This document shows, in pieces, positions 13,551-26,988 of a stretch of DNA of 64,000 nt. This DNA is from Octopus vulgaris (Eukaryota), in contig OX597818.1 in NCBI GenBank assembly GCA_951406725.2, positions 31,496,001 through 31,560,000 on the forward strand. Reading direction: 5' to 3'. Under the pieces are notes generated by a model. That model saw nothing but the letters and a program-made list of their open reading frames with translations, was not told the DNA's origin and searched no databases. The position numbers and the translations under genes were made by a program. How positions within the stretch are numbered: position 1 is the first letter of the stretch; each line of letters opens with the position of its first letter.

Positions 13551-13900
13551 ATATTGTATAAAAGATCGTGTCTAAGGCCTAAACAATGCGAAGTAAATGC
13601 AAGGTAGATCACAAGAAAACAAATATGTGAATTAATGTAGACTTACCTTGTATTCAATATTTCGGGGTTATGAGCCCATTTTCAAAAAATTGATGAATGC
13701 TGCTGATGTGCGTGTTTGTGAGCGTCAATTTCTTGAAAATGGGCTCATAAGCCCGAAATATTGAATACAAGGTAAGTCTACATTAATTCACATATTTGTT
13801 TTGTGATCTACTTTGCACTTACTTCGCATTATTTTGGCCTTACCCACAATCTTTTATACAATATGTTCTACACAATGCTTCATAGTAATTATTTCTTTAT
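13551..13900 (+). mobile_element. Fold-back Penelope-like terminal element with variant hammerhead
   Basis: Inverted arms 13551-13693 / 13725-13864, one-sided tail 13865-13900, (TA)n flanks. Hammerhead-like TTC-TTGAAAA-T-GGGCT-CATA-AGCCC-GAAA-TATT-GAA at 13730-13765. Confidence 0.7.
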
Positions 13901-13915
13901 AATATATATATATAT

Positions 13916-13930
13916 GAAAGGAGCTCGTCG

Positions 13931-13995
<65 letters not shown>

Positions 13996-14127
13996 TTGTG
14001 TGTCTGTGTTTGTTCCACCAACATCGCTTGACAACCGATGCTGGTGTGTTTACCTCCCCGTAATTTAGCGGTTCGGCAAAAATACTGATCGAATAAGTAC
14101 TAGGCTTACAAAGAATAAGTCCTGGGG
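13916..14127 (+). mobile_element. SINE family A, 3' half
   Basis: (TG)n followed by CATCGCTTGACAACCGATGCTGGTGTGTTTAC...GAATAAGTCCTGGGG, as in 26170-26300. Confidence 0.8.
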
Positions 14128-15304
14128 AGAGTATTGCAGTTCGCTTGAAGCATTGTATATTGTTTGTAAACAATAATAATAAATAGTAATAATGTGTTTT
14201 GATTGGCACAACAATGCACTGTAATAATAACAATGTACTATAATAACTGGTGTAATTCAAACATCCATTGTCTGATATAATATTTCGGAATATAAAAATT
14301 CCTTCTTCAGGTATCCCCTAAGGATTGATCGAGTCACTGCTATAATCGATTTTCCAACAGTTTTTTTCTTATATCTTTTTCTTTCCTTTTTTTTTCTTTC
14401 CTCGGAAGTGTCTCTGCACTGGTCTCACGAAGCTCCTTCCGGAATTCCTCGTGAGAAGTGCATGAGGGCGGCCATGTCTCAGGCTCGTGTGTGCTGGCAC
14501 ATCCGTAACGCTGCTTCTAAGTTATGTATTATACGTGCACTTTCCTCTCTCCCCTTTTCCTTCCCTGCTTAAATGCAAGAAAGTATACTAGTCCCTTAAT
14601 ATTTGATATTCGATATTTCATTTATTCAATAAGACAATGAATACTTCATTTCATTTTACTACATATACTATTTTAATATATATTCTATATTCTACATTAA
14701 TATTATAAAGAATATAAATAAAACATAAAAAACAGACAGAGTTGGAATTCCTTTGAATAATATATATATATGTATATATATATGCTTAAAGGTTAACCGA
14801 GTCTTGCAATACCTCGAGCTTCACAAGTGCAAGAAACAACCAATGATTTTATAAACATTTGTGAGCCTATAAAAGTTAAATTGAAATATCTACACACGCC
14901 GGCACATAGCGAGCTGTGATTTATTTTATTCATATGTTCTTTTCTAGGTATTTCTTTGGTCATGGTCGATCATTTTGGCATCTGTATGCGCACGCCTACT
15001 CTTCATTTTTTTTCTTTGCTTTGTGAAAGACTAGCAGTTGGTCATGCATACCGATGCTCTAGCAATTCCGCTTATCTATCCCTTTGGATTCTTAGTATTA
15101 TTTTCAATCCCGAAATGTTAAATTAAATGTTGGTTTCGGTGCGATTTGATATCCAAATGCAGAGGGTTGGAACGCAGCGAGGCATTCGATCTAGTGCTTT
15201 GACATCTCTGCTATTTCAACATCATATATGCGTATATACTTTCATATATACATATGCTTACACACTTAAATGTGTGTATGTGTGTATATATAGGTGTGTC
15301 CATA

Positions 15305-15335
<31 letters not shown>

Positions 15336-15359
15336 TTAATAATAATAATAATAATGATG

Positions 15360-15404
<45 letters not shown>

Positions 15405-15568
15405 TACTAATTATATGCTATTTATTTATTATTTTGTACTTTATTTAGTTCTTGGTAACTGTTTTATCGTATCTTTAATCTTTTTCTTTATGGTATGATT
15501 TAAGTATATCATTGTTGAATTGCTACATGGAGGTTGTTCTTCTCAAATATATATACATGTATTATATG

Positions 15569-15612
<44 letters not shown>

Positions 15613-15829
15613 TGTTATTTACATATATATATATATATACTTGTATGCGTGCATGCCTTGCAAACACACACACATACACACACACGCACACGCACACAGA
15701 TATTTGATTCCGTTTATATGGGGAAATACTTTCTTCTATGACATTAAACCGAAAATTGTTTTTGTTTCGATTTTTATCAAGAGTTTTTCATAGACTCAAA
15801 GCTATGAATAAAACACCCACACCCACATA

Positions 15830-15868
<39 letters not shown>

Positions 15869-16597
15869 ACATATATATATATACACTGTACTTACACTTA
15901 AAATTTAAAAAAAGAAACGTTTGTCTTATCTATATCTCATTTTTCTTATCTATATCACATGAATTCGCCTATACATATATGCGACATGTGTGTGTTTGTG
16001 TATGTGTTTTTTCTTTGTGTTTGTGTTGTTTCTTTGTGTGTGTGTGTATGTGTGTGTGTGTGTGTGTGTGTGCGTGTGTATATGGAAATAACATTGTACA
16101 CTTATATTTTGCTCTTTGCATCAAAATCATCTTCCGCCACGAACTCCAAGCAGCTTTACCATCTACAGAAAAACAATATCGGTTTGATATCTGTGCATAG
16201 GGCACAGGCTAGCGTTGTTTCTGAATCATATAGTAATTTTAGATGACAATATTTCATGTATAATAAGTTGTCGATCCAGTTGTCAAAAAGTCAGCCAAAA
16301 TAACCGATATCTATCTATTTATTTATCTGACCAATTTCTGAGGCCAGCTTTATTGCTAATAATTCAAAACTCTATGATAAAAAAATAGTATTAGTTATGG
16401 ACATAAAATATGTAATAACTTGATAGTAAGAAAATATTAATAATGGTATTAATAATAATAATCACCACTGTAATATGACTAACGAAAAATAAAACAAATT
16501 ATATCTGTTACAGTAATCGTGTTTAAAATATTTTACTGATTCGAGTAACGCGGTGTTTTTTGATGAATAACACTAATTTCAGCGTATCGTGAGTATA

Positions 16598-17440
16598 CTG
16601 ATTTCAAATTTTGGCGCAAGATCAGCAATTTCGATGGAGTAAGTCGATTAAACTGACCCCAGTACTTAACTGGTATTTATTTTATCGACCCCGGAAGGAT
16701 GAAAGGCAAAGTGGAATTCGGCGGAATTTGAATTTAGAACGTGATGACGGATAAAATGCCACTAAGCATTTCGTCCGGGTGAATTTGAACTCAAAACGTG
16801 AAAACATGAAATGCCGCTATGCATTTCGTCCGGTGTGCTATCGATTTTGTCTGCTCGCCACCTAAATGTCGAGAATATACTAAAACAAATAATAATTTCT
16901 TGAAATTGTGGCATAAGGCCAGAAATTTTGTTGAGAAGTGTAAGACCCTTCCAGGGCGGATCAATAAGTACCTGGTACTTATTTAATCAACACTGGAATG
17001 ACGAAAGACAAAGTCCACTACGGTGGAATTTGAACTCAGATCCTACAGAGCTAGAAGAAATGCTGCTAAGCAATTTTTCTGACGCGATAACGATTTTGTT
17101 AGCTTACCTCCTTCATATATTTTCTACGGCAGTTTTGGGCAAGGGGTGAAATCGATTACAATGACCCCAGTGCTGAACTGGTATCTATTTTATCGATCCA
17201 GAAGCGATTACTCCAGGCTGTAGGTGAGATTTCAATGCAGAAAACCGAAGGCATCTCGTGCAACGTTCTGATATTTCTGCTCACCCATCACCCTAGACTA
17301 GTACTTTATATTATCAATCACCGAATAATGAAAGGCAAATTTGACAATGGCGAGATTTGAACTCGGCACGGTGAGTTACTCGGAATGTTTACGACAGGGG
17401 AATTCATTTTGACGTCATAACCACTCTGACAAGTTCACTG
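16598..17440 (-). mobile_element. Cluster of degenerate SINE family D copies
   Basis: Repeated ATCGACCCCG.AAGGATGAAAGGCAAAG...GGAATTTGAACTC core, as in 48264-48859. Confidence 0.75.
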
Positions 17441-17957
17441 TTTTCTTGTTTGTTTTTGTTTTGTTTATGTATCTATGTGAGTATGAATAGGCATGTGCAT
17501 ATGCAAGTGTACGTGTATCGGATCTGTTGTTTATTGCGAACTGGAGTTCCCTGTGGAGAATCCTAGTTAAATTCTACAAATTTGTCTAAATCCAATGATA
17601 CTACCCAGAACCAGCGATGAGATTTAAAGATAATCTTTACGTCCGTCCGCTAACTGGGTTATGAATCTAGAAATCTCTAACATTATTCCATCCCACTACA
17701 AAAAGCAAATAAACGAAAATCAAAACCCCAAGCAACAGAATAAAAGAGAACAAACAACGAAGAAAAAAGAAATGTCACTGATTGTTTCGTACTTTAAATT
17801 TTTTACAATTCATTTCACGTTTTTATAAAAGAGAGTTTGGTTCTGCTAATTACTTTGTGATTTTTTTTTACCGTCTTGTGACGTCACTTGTTTTTATTTC
17901 TTCTGTTATTCATGCATATGCCTTGTCTTGTCTCTGATCTAGTTGTTCTATGAAATG

Positions 17958-18193
17958 TAGACAGCTGGTTGTTGTTTAGCCATCGGTCGGCACTGATTGA
18001 ACAGACCTATGATCAAAAAGTTTTCCAGTTGTTGCCTTCCCATCTTATTTCAAGGCATGGTATCTAGAGGATAATATTATCCTCTAGATACCATGCCTTG
18101 AAATAAGATGGGAAGGCAACAACTGGAAAACTTTTTGATCATAGGTCTGTTCAATCAGTGCCGACCGATGGCTAAACAACAACCAGCTGTCTA
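17958..18193. repeat. Perfect 236-bp palindrome with no spacer
   Basis: Centre GGATAAT|ATTATCC at 18075/18076. The two 118-bp arms are exact reverse complements on reading. Confidence 0.95.
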
Positions 18194-19020
18194 AACAACA
18201 ACCAGCTGCCCGAAACGGCGCGCATTCTCTCCTGATGACCCCATACACATGCTGGCTTCAGGTATGCGGGGTTCTCGACTAGTAGCACTTGCATGTGCTA
18301 GTTGTTTGCAAGACATCTGAACTGAGTTTTTTGGCTGTCATTTCTAAAAGATCGAGTGATTATCTAGAGGTTTTAGTCTCTCAAACAATTAAATGCAATC
18401 AACAGTTTCATTGAACCAAATATACTTAACAAACTTCTAGGGTTCCTAATTGGTGATATGATATATGATATAAGATCTGGTGACAAGAAATTGCATAGTT
18501 ATGTAACTGAAATTTGGGAAGCGGGTACCGTTCAGAAATCCACCATGTGTGCGCGCATACACATACACACGTACACACACACAGACATACACAGACACAC
18601 AGGCACAAAGACACACAGACACACAGACACACACACACACACACGGATGCATACATACACGTATGTATATATGTGAGTTTGATCTGCTTGATGTCAGATT
18701 ACATTCTGCCATGTTCAAGACGATTCACTGAATAATGTATTCCAAGAAATTTAAGGCCACATTAAAAACTAATTTTCCGCTACAGTAATAGACAAAAAGA
18801 CCCATAATTTTGTATTCAGTAAAGCATAGTCTGAGGGATTTCAGGAAGTAGAGAGAGACCACTTAATGTATCCTGACTTGCTTTGACTGATAGTTTTAAA
18901 ATTCATAGTAGTCGTTCTATTATTGGAAATAGTATGCGTTGTATTTGTAGTATTGATAGTACTAGTTGAAGTGTTGATTGTAATAATGCTATTATAATGA
19001 TCACATTAGTGTTATTAATA

Positions 19021-19331
19021 CGATAAACGTCACCCTTTTCAACCCTAGCCAGGCTCATGGGCCCGGTTTCCCGATTTCTGTGGCGTATGTGTTCCGCCCA
19101 GCTGGACAGGACGCTAGTCCATCGAAACGTTACTCAAGAAACAAGAAGAGAGAGTGAGAGAAAGTTGTGGCGAAAGAGTACAACAGGGGTCGCCATCCCC
19201 CTGCCGGAGCCTCGTGGAGCTTTTAGGTGTTTTCGCTCACTAAACACACACAACGCCCGGTCTGGGAATCGAAACCGCGATCCTCCGACCGCGAGTCCGC
19301 TGTCCTAACCACTGGGCCATTGCGCCTCCAC
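19021..19331 (-). mobile_element. tRNA-headed SINE family C (tail 1)
   Basis: Head GTGGAGGCGCAATGGCCCAGTGGTTAG with A/B boxes. TSD AGTGTTATTAATA at 19008-19020 and 19332-19344. Confidence 0.9.
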
Positions 19332-19699
19332 AGTGTTATTAATAGCATATATTAATTGGTGGTAAGGAGACCGTATTTCGTTATGCAACCATAATAGTCT
19401 ACCGAGTATATTAAAGGCTTTATAAGTAAATACTGTGTCCTATCGTGTTAGCAGTGCGATTCAATCACTTTTTAATGTTATCTCTACAGATTTTTTTTGA
19501 TTGAAATTAGAGCCAGTACTGAAAGTTATGACAAACACGTCTATGTAAACAATATGATTGAAGATAGAAAATTACATATTAAACACATTCATGGCAGCTG
19601 GTATGTGTGTATTAATATGTAAAATGGATCTTTATGGTTTGTGTCACTACTGCATGCCGAAAGTTAATTTATTTTTCTAATGTAGCATATAAATGTAAT

Positions 19700-20090
19700 T
19701 TGTGACGCTGAACCCGAATTTATCATTAATTTATTTCAGAAAAATTTTGCGAAAATATTACAGGTGTTCAAATTTTGATGATTTTTCAGAATTTTCACCC
19801 AATCAGAAAACAGCGCGTTCGCTTCCTCCTTCATCATCTGTCACAGTAGTGAGAAGAGGGTGGGGTGTATCGGCAAAATCTCTATACTGTTCTGGAATCG
19901 AATTCCTACTGTCATGAAAACAAGCAATTATGGAACAGGTGGAAGTTACACTCCTTGTTTACATGCACAGCATCTTTGTTTACTATGGAAACAGAGCTCT
20001 TTGTTACTATGCTAACATAGCTTCACGGTGATGTGTAAGCTACTCGCTTCTGATTGGCTAAAATACCCAAATTTTGCAAATTTTAAAGGC
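19700..20090. mobile_element. Old non-autonomous DNA transposon fragment, same family as 35917-36573
   Basis: Shares ACGCTGAA, CCAATCAG, GTTACTATGGAAAC and GATTGGCTAAAAT blocks with 35917-36573. Confidence 0.5.
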
Positions 20091-20094
20091 TTTT

Positions 20095-20328
20095 TTTACT
20101 CTTTTACTCTTTTATTTGTTTCAGTCACTTGACTGCGGCCATGCTGGAGTGCCGCCTTTAGTCGAGCAATTCGACCCCAGGACTTGCTCTTTGTAAGCCT
20201 AGTATTTATTCTATCGGTCTCTTTTGCCGAACCGCTAAGTTACGGGGACGTAAACACACAAGCATCGGTTATCAATCGATGTTGGGGACAAACACAAACA
20301 CACAAACATATTCACACACATACATATA

Positions 20329-20388
<60 letters not shown>

Positions 20389-20553
20389 TATGGCGGACTT
20401 CTTTCAGTTTCCGTCTACCAAATTCACTCACAAGGCTTTGGTCAGCTCGAGGCTCTAGTAGAAGACACTTACCCAAGGTGCGACGCAGTGGGACTGAACC
20501 CGAAACCACGTGGCTGGTAAGCAAGCTACTTACCACACAGCCACTCCTACGCC
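20095..20553 (-). mobile_element. SINE family A, full length
   Basis: Head GGCGTAGGAGTGGCTGTGTGGTAAG...GGGTTCAGTCCC, central (TA)n, tail GACTGAAACAA(GTAAAAGA)n. Confidence 0.92.
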
Positions 20554-21761
20554 ATTACCTATTTTTCTATCTTCAGTCATATTGTTTACACATAGGTATT
20601 TGCACACGAGACGTTGTAACTTTCTGAGTCGGCTGTAATTCCTGTAAAATGTCTATAGAGAAAGCTTTAAAAAGTTATTAATAGTACGTAAAGTATTAAT
20701 AATTCATGTAGTATTATTAATAGATTTTGGAGTATTAGATATCAAAGTTCAATTATTGAAGACGTGTCGTAGAGAAAATAAAAAGAAAAAAATTGAAGGA
20801 TGGCAGAAAAATGATGATGATGGTCTAGAAAAAGCGAAGATTCATGATGATGACGGTACACGTGCATACGAGTATATGGTGGCGATGATAACATTCACAA
20901 TGACGATGATGTTGATACTGCTGAGAATGTTTTTTGATAATGATAATGATATGATGACAGCATCGTAGAAGAAAATGGTAAAGAAGAAGGAGTAAGGTGA
21001 GACTAGAACTGAATAATAAACACGATACATAAGATAAATGGTAAAGATATTCCCTCGATGACTAATTGTTTTGAACTCTGATTTTGTGGGGTTCACTACG
21101 CATTATAACAGTAAACAATTCCCTTTATGTTTTCTCTTGTGCTGACAATTTATTTTCTCGATTTGTGCTTGTGTCTGTGTGTGTATTCCCGTGCGTGTGT
21201 ATTGTTTTATTCTTATATTCATCGATGGCTTCAGTCATTGCTGTGGTGCTACGTTCAATGGATGAGTCGATCATATCGGCTTCAGTGCTATTGTCGAACC
21301 GCGAATTTACTGGGCACATACAAACAAATATTAACACAGAATGAGCGCTCACATATACACACGTGTATGTATGTAACTATATGTGCGTGTGTATGAATCT
21401 GAATGTGCCCCTGTGCGTGTGTGTTTGGGTGCACGCAAGTGCTCAAGTGACGAATTTCAGTGCAGTTTCCGTCTACCAAATTTCAAACACAAGGCAATGT
21501 AATTTTATCTAAACCATTAATACAGTTTTTGTAATGAAAATTCAAAAATGGAAGTTCACAATGTAAGGTACTCGTTAAAGAAAATATGTGAAGAAAATAC
21601 ACGTAGTAGTTATAGTAGTTTTAAGTAGATAGTAGCTTGATTTGTTATTATGGAAACAGGCACAAATGCGTCTGTGAGTTTCGCTTGGCTAAAGTTACCC
21701 CAAATTTTCGAAATTTTAAAACGTATTAACTCATTATTTCTTAATCTATGGCAAAAATGAA

Positions 21762-22184
21762 GAATCTTTTCGGTTTGAACGGCAGTTTTTTCTAGCGGTG
21801 TCATATGAAATTGTCACCCATAATTATGACCCTAGTATCGATCTATTGCATTTCAATCTCTTTTAGGGTTAGGGTTAGGGTTAGGGGTGGGGGAAGGGTA
21901 TCTTTTTTTCTTCACAAATGCAAATAAACCCAATCTGTTTTTTAAACGAGGGACATATTCATACGGCACAGAATGTTGTTTACCTCAATAGACGTCAGTG
22001 ATTGGTTAAAATTTCAGAAATTGAAGGAAAACAACAACAAATATCTTACAAACTATAGAATTTTCTCAATAAAGCCAAGAGAAAAGGATGTTTTATAAAC
22101 ACTTTCTACCAGAATACGAAGTTTAAATTTTTTTTAGTTACCTAGAAATTATGTTAATAACTGCCGTTCAAACTGAAAAGATCC
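21762..22184 (+). mobile_element. MITE with ~28-bp TIRs and 8-bp TSD (Merlin-like termini) carrying (TTAGGG)n
   Basis: TIR G(G/A)ATCTTTTCGGTTTGAACGGCAGTT, TSD AAAATGAA/AAAATGGA. Nested in an older element whose empty site is visible at ~36456. Confidence 0.85.
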
Positions 22185-23059
22185 AAAATGGATTTCATTT
22201 TTATAATTAGCATACAAAACTATATCAGCACAGCAAATTTGGAAAGAATTGAAACAGAATTTAAGAAAAAAATGAAAACTGTGACAGCAACCGAAAATAT
22301 CCGTATATTTTATTAGACAGTAAAATGTGGTGTTGCTTTTTGGAACAAAGAGCCTATTAACCTGATTTCCGTGTACTGTAATGCGTAGGGACCGCATATT
22401 GGGTAATTTCCTATTCACTAAATATAAACAGAAACCTCCGAACACTCCAGTTAATTTAACTACGGTCTTCTCTGATCCTCTTCAAAGCATAGAGAAATAT
22501 ACATTTCAAGTGTTTATGGCAACCTAGCTCGCCAAATTCATTGTCTACCTCTTTTTACCCTTTACTATTAATTTCTGCCTGCCGTTTTTATAAACTGTCA
22601 TTCGACAGCGAACATTTAAAAAGCAAACAGAAAACATGTCGTGTCATATTGACACTATTTTCTTTACCACTAAAAGGTTGGTAATATATATCTTATTGTA
22701 CATAAACACTGCAAAATGCCATGAATGTACCATGTAACATGTCAACTTTTTCTATTAGTTGACGACGTTCCTGCACTCGTATTTTTATCTTCGTTTCACG
22801 TAGAAACACAATAAAACTTGTAGTTGAAAATATAAATAAAAACCATAATGCAGTTAGGAACTTCAAGTATGTATTTATGGTTTCATACAGACCAAAGGGC
22901 AACAACAATGACAGTCGAAGATTCTCCCGAAACTAATAAAATCAATACGGTTGATGTTAATCTTTAACATTTCTACAGAAAAAGAAAAAAAGAATGGTAG
23001 TGAGGAAGGATGGTCTGAGACAGTAAATATTGAGGATAACGGTTAATATGATATTTACG

Positions 23060-23265
23060 CTGTAAAGCGACGAGCAGACAGACTAGTTCACCTGCCCGGC
23101 AAAATCCTTATCGGTATTTTGTCGGTCCAGCGTTCAAATTTCGCCGCAGCCAACATCTCCTTTTATCCTCTCGGGATCGATAAAATAAATACTAGTTGAG
23201 CACTGTGGTCACTGTAATCGAGTTATCCCATTAACATACTGATTTTGTGCCAACATTCGAAACCA
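23060..23265 (+). mobile_element. SINE family D, degenerate
   Basis: GCGACGAGC...GTTCAAATTTCGCCG...TTATCCTCTCGGGATCGATAAAATAAATACTAG. Confidence 0.7.
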
Positions 23266-23353
23266 ATACGATATTTTACTTTAGAAGACTTGAGGCCATT
23301 CGTTAATTATTTGCACTAATCCTAACAAATTAGTAACATTAATGTCTTACGTA

Positions 23354-23655
23354 GTGGAGACACGTGGCCTAGTGGTTAGAGCAGTGTACTTGCGGTCGAA
23401 GGATCGCGGGTTCGAATCTCAGACCGGGCGATGTGTGTGTTTATGAGCGAAACACCGAAGCTCCATGAGTCTCGGGCAGAAGGTAATGACAAACTTCTGC
23501 TGACTCTTTCGCCACAACTTTCTCTCACTCTTTTCTCCTGCAGCACACCTGCGACGGACCGGTGTCCCGGCCAGGTGGGGAAACTATACGCCAAGGAAAC
23601 CGGGAAACTGGCCGGCCCTTATGAGCCAGTCATGGCTCGAGAAGGAACAAACAAC
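23354..23655 (+). mobile_element. SINE family C
   Basis: tRNA-like head with GGTTCGAATC B box; TSD GTCTTACGTA. Confidence 0.9.
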
Positions 23656-24028
23656 GTCTTACGTAGAAAACATACATTCTTGCCAGAATGGAATATTTTT
23701 ATGACACATCCATTCAACTTTATTGCATGTTTTCTATTTTTTTCATATTCTATTTGTTTTTTTTTTTCTATTTTTTAACATTCTTATAACAAATTTAGAT
23801 GGTTTTTATCACACGGTTGTTTGGGGATTCAACAAGAGAGCCAGAACATACAGAAGTTGTTCACAAATAACCTATTATTCACAATCTATCATCCTAACCA
23901 ATAAAGCACACAATGTATGATATAATTCCGGAAACAATGTGATGAAGTGTCAGTATCTGGAACGCCTTTTGAAATATGTACTATTCAATCACAACATACT
24001 TCTGATAGAAATGTTGTTGATTTTCAGT

Positions 24029-24290
24029 ATAATAAATAAATGCGCCCTTTTAAAGCCTAGCCAGTCTCATGGGCCCGGTTTCCCGGTTTCAATGGCGAAT
24101 GTGTTCCCCAGCTGGACGGGACGACAGTCCATCGCAGCGTTACTCATTTTTGCCAGCTGAGTGGACTGGAGCAACGTGAAATGAAGTGTTTTGCTGAAGA
24201 ACACAACGCGTCGCCCGGTCCAGGAATCGAAGCCACAATCTTACGATCATGATGCTGACACCCTAACCACTAAGCCACGCGCCTCCGCAT
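24029..24290 (-). mobile_element. tRNA-headed SINE family B (tail 1)
   Basis: Head GGAGGCGCGTGGCTTAGTGGTTAGGG; TSD TTGATTTTCAGT at 24017-24028 and 24291-24302. Confidence 0.92.
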
Positions 24291-24864
24291 TTGATTTTCA
24301 GTGCTAAATTTATTTCCACGATAGACCATACATACTGGAATTTAAAGTGAAGTGTGAACATGAGAATCGAATTTTTCTCAAGATAAATCTGTGGAACAGG
24401 TGAATTTTAATGGGTGAAAACGAAAAAAAAAACAAAAAAACCCCCCGAAATGGCAGGATTTCTCTACTGCAACAGTTGCAAAGATTTTAGTTAAAATCGA
24501 ATACAAAGGAACCTGGGTGGTGTTTCAGGACTCACAAGCAGGACATATTAATAACATAAACAATAAAAATGTTCTCCTTAAAAATTTTGATAAGTTTTGC
24601 TCATGATTGGTGACTAAAATTATCGTAATTTTCGAAAGCCTTCCTGTCCTCAGCAGGTTTCTCAGGCTCACATGCGTTCCCCACTTAGCCTGAGTGGAGC
24701 AGCGAGTTTTGAATTAGATTTGCTTGTAGATTTCCATCTCCAGTGCCTTGTCAACCATAATCCATCTTGATCTGGTTTCTGCTGCCATAGTTAATTCCTT
24801 AGTAGTTTTCTTCACTTTGGGTTCCGCACTTTTATTTACAATCATTTCAATTCAAAAGTGTCTG

Positions 24865-25280
24865 AGCACGCATGCACGCACGCACGTGTGCGTGAGGGCC
24901 TGCGCGCGCACAACCACAAACACACACACACGGACACACACACACACGGACACACACACACACAGACACACACACAGACACACTGACACATACACACAGA
25001 CACAGACACACATAGACAGACACACATAGACAGACACACACATAGACACACACACAGACACACACACAGACACACATACATACACACAGACACACAGAGA
25101 CACAGACACATGCACACACACACACAAACAGACACATGCACACAGACACAGACACATATAAATAGAAACACACATAGACACACACACACAGACACATACA
25201 CACACGTTTATACAGACATGCAGTTAATCCTCCCTCCCTTTCACACACACACACACTCACACACACACTCTCACACTCTC
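24865..25280. repeat. Long degenerate (CA)/(CAGA) microsatellite
   Basis: Direct reading. Confidence 0.9.
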
Positions 25281-25963
25281 TCGTACCATCTATTTGTCTC
25301 CTTATATAACTTTCTTTCCCAAACCATATCACACCCTCTCACTTTGTTTCCTTGCATATCTCCATACCTCCCTATATCACTCTCCCTTTCTCCGTGTCTG
25401 TATCTGTCTACCACTCATTCACAAATGCACGCATACACAATCACACATGGACACCCAACTCTTGCTCTCTCCCCACCTCTCTCTCTCTGTCTGCTTGCCT
25501 CTCTTCTTCCTCTCTTTGCTTGCAAATACATATAGATATTAATGTACACGCTCATAAAAAAAACATATATGATAAAATGCTTTGGGTTGAAGGTGATATT
25601 TTTTCATTATTATTGACTTGGGAGAGAGGCGAGTCAACTATAGCTTTAACCTGCAGAGAATAGAGAGGAAGCGACTAAGCATCCTGAGATTAATTTATTC
25701 TCAATGAAACCACAGCACGTTGGAAAAAAAAAACGAAGATATAGAAAAGCATTATTTCTCTTTCTAAATCGCACGACCAAAATGGGAAAGGCTAGAGAAA
25801 AACAAAAAATGATGAAAACAGTGAAAAAAATGACACAAATGAAGAAGAAAAAAAAAAGTGAAATTAAGAAGATTCTAAAGCAAGATATGAAATGGAATGA
25901 AAAATATAAGAATAATTTTGTGAAGGAGACACACACAAAAAAAAATTAGTGAAATGAAATATA

Positions 25964-26385
25964 GGCGCAGGAGTGACTGTGTGGTAAGTAGCTTGCTAAC
26001 CAACCACATGGTTCCGGGTTCAGTCCCACTGCGTGGCATCTTGGCCAAGTGTCTTCTGCTATAGCCCCGGGCCGACCAATGCCTTGTGAGTGGATTTGGT
26101 AGACTGAAACTGAAAGAAGCCTGTCGTATATATGTATATGTATATATATATGTGTGTGCATATGTTTGTGTGTCAGTGTTTGTCCCCCTAGCATTGCTTG
26201 ACAACGGATGCTGGTGTGTTTACGTCCCCGTCACTTAGCGGTTCGGCAAAAGAGACCGATAGAATAAGTACTGGGCTTACAAAAGAATAAGTCCCGGGAT
26301 CGATTTGCTCGACTAAAGGCGGTGCTCCAGCATGGCCGCAGTCAAATGACTGAAACAAGTAAAAGAGAAAAGAGAAAAAGAGAAT
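25964..26385 (+). mobile_element. SINE family A, full length
   Basis: GGCGCAGGAGTGACTGTGTGGTAAG...GGGTTCAGTCCC...GACTGAAACAAGTAAAAGAG. Confidence 0.92.
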
Positions 26386-26544
26386 ATAAAACAAAAGCAA
26401 AAAATTCAAATAATAGCAGTAGTAGCCACAACATTAGTAGCAAAAATAACAATATTTGCAACTACTACGGTCAGTGTTGATAACAACCACAACAGCAACA
26501 TCAATATCAGTGATATCAATGATATGATGGAGAATGGCAGATAT

Positions 26545-26988
26545 GATAATAATCCTTTCTACTAAAGGCACAAGGCCTGAAATTGGTGGGGAGGGGGATA
26601 GTTGATCACATCAACCCCAATACCTGACTGGTATTTAATTTATCGACCCGCAAAGAATGAAAGTAAAGTCGACCTCGGTGGAATTTGAACTCAGAGCGTA
26701 AAGACGGACCAAATGCTGCTAAGCATTTTTTCCCGGCGTGGTAACGATTTTACCAGCTCGCCGTCTTAATAATGACAATAATGATCTCAAATTTTGGTAC
26801 AAGCCCAGCAATTTCTAGACAGGGGATAAGTTGATTACATCGACCGCAGTGTTTGACTAATGCTTATTTTATCGATCCAGAAAGGGTGATAGGCAAAGTC
26901 AGCCTCGGCCAAATTTGAACTCGGTGCATGAGATGTGAGAAATGTCGCAATGCAATTTGTCCGAGTTGCTAACGATTCTACTGGCTTA
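26545..26988 (-). mobile_element. Two tandem SINE family D copies
   Basis: Core and head CCAGCTCGCCG at ~26760. The head of the second copy is interrupted by SINE B. Confidence 0.8.

Noticed and set aside
18209-18300. GAAAC and CTGATGA close together, suggesting a hammerhead
   Set aside because: No GAAA follows the stem after CTGATGA, and stems I and III cannot be formed in any permutation.
21862-21892. (TTAGGG)n as a telomere or fusion site
   Set aside because: It is internal to a TSD-bounded MITE with a second copy in the window.
23354-23430. tRNA-like sequences in SINE heads as tRNA genes
   Set aside because: They have A/B boxes but continue into SINE bodies with TSDs, and no complete acceptor stem was verified.
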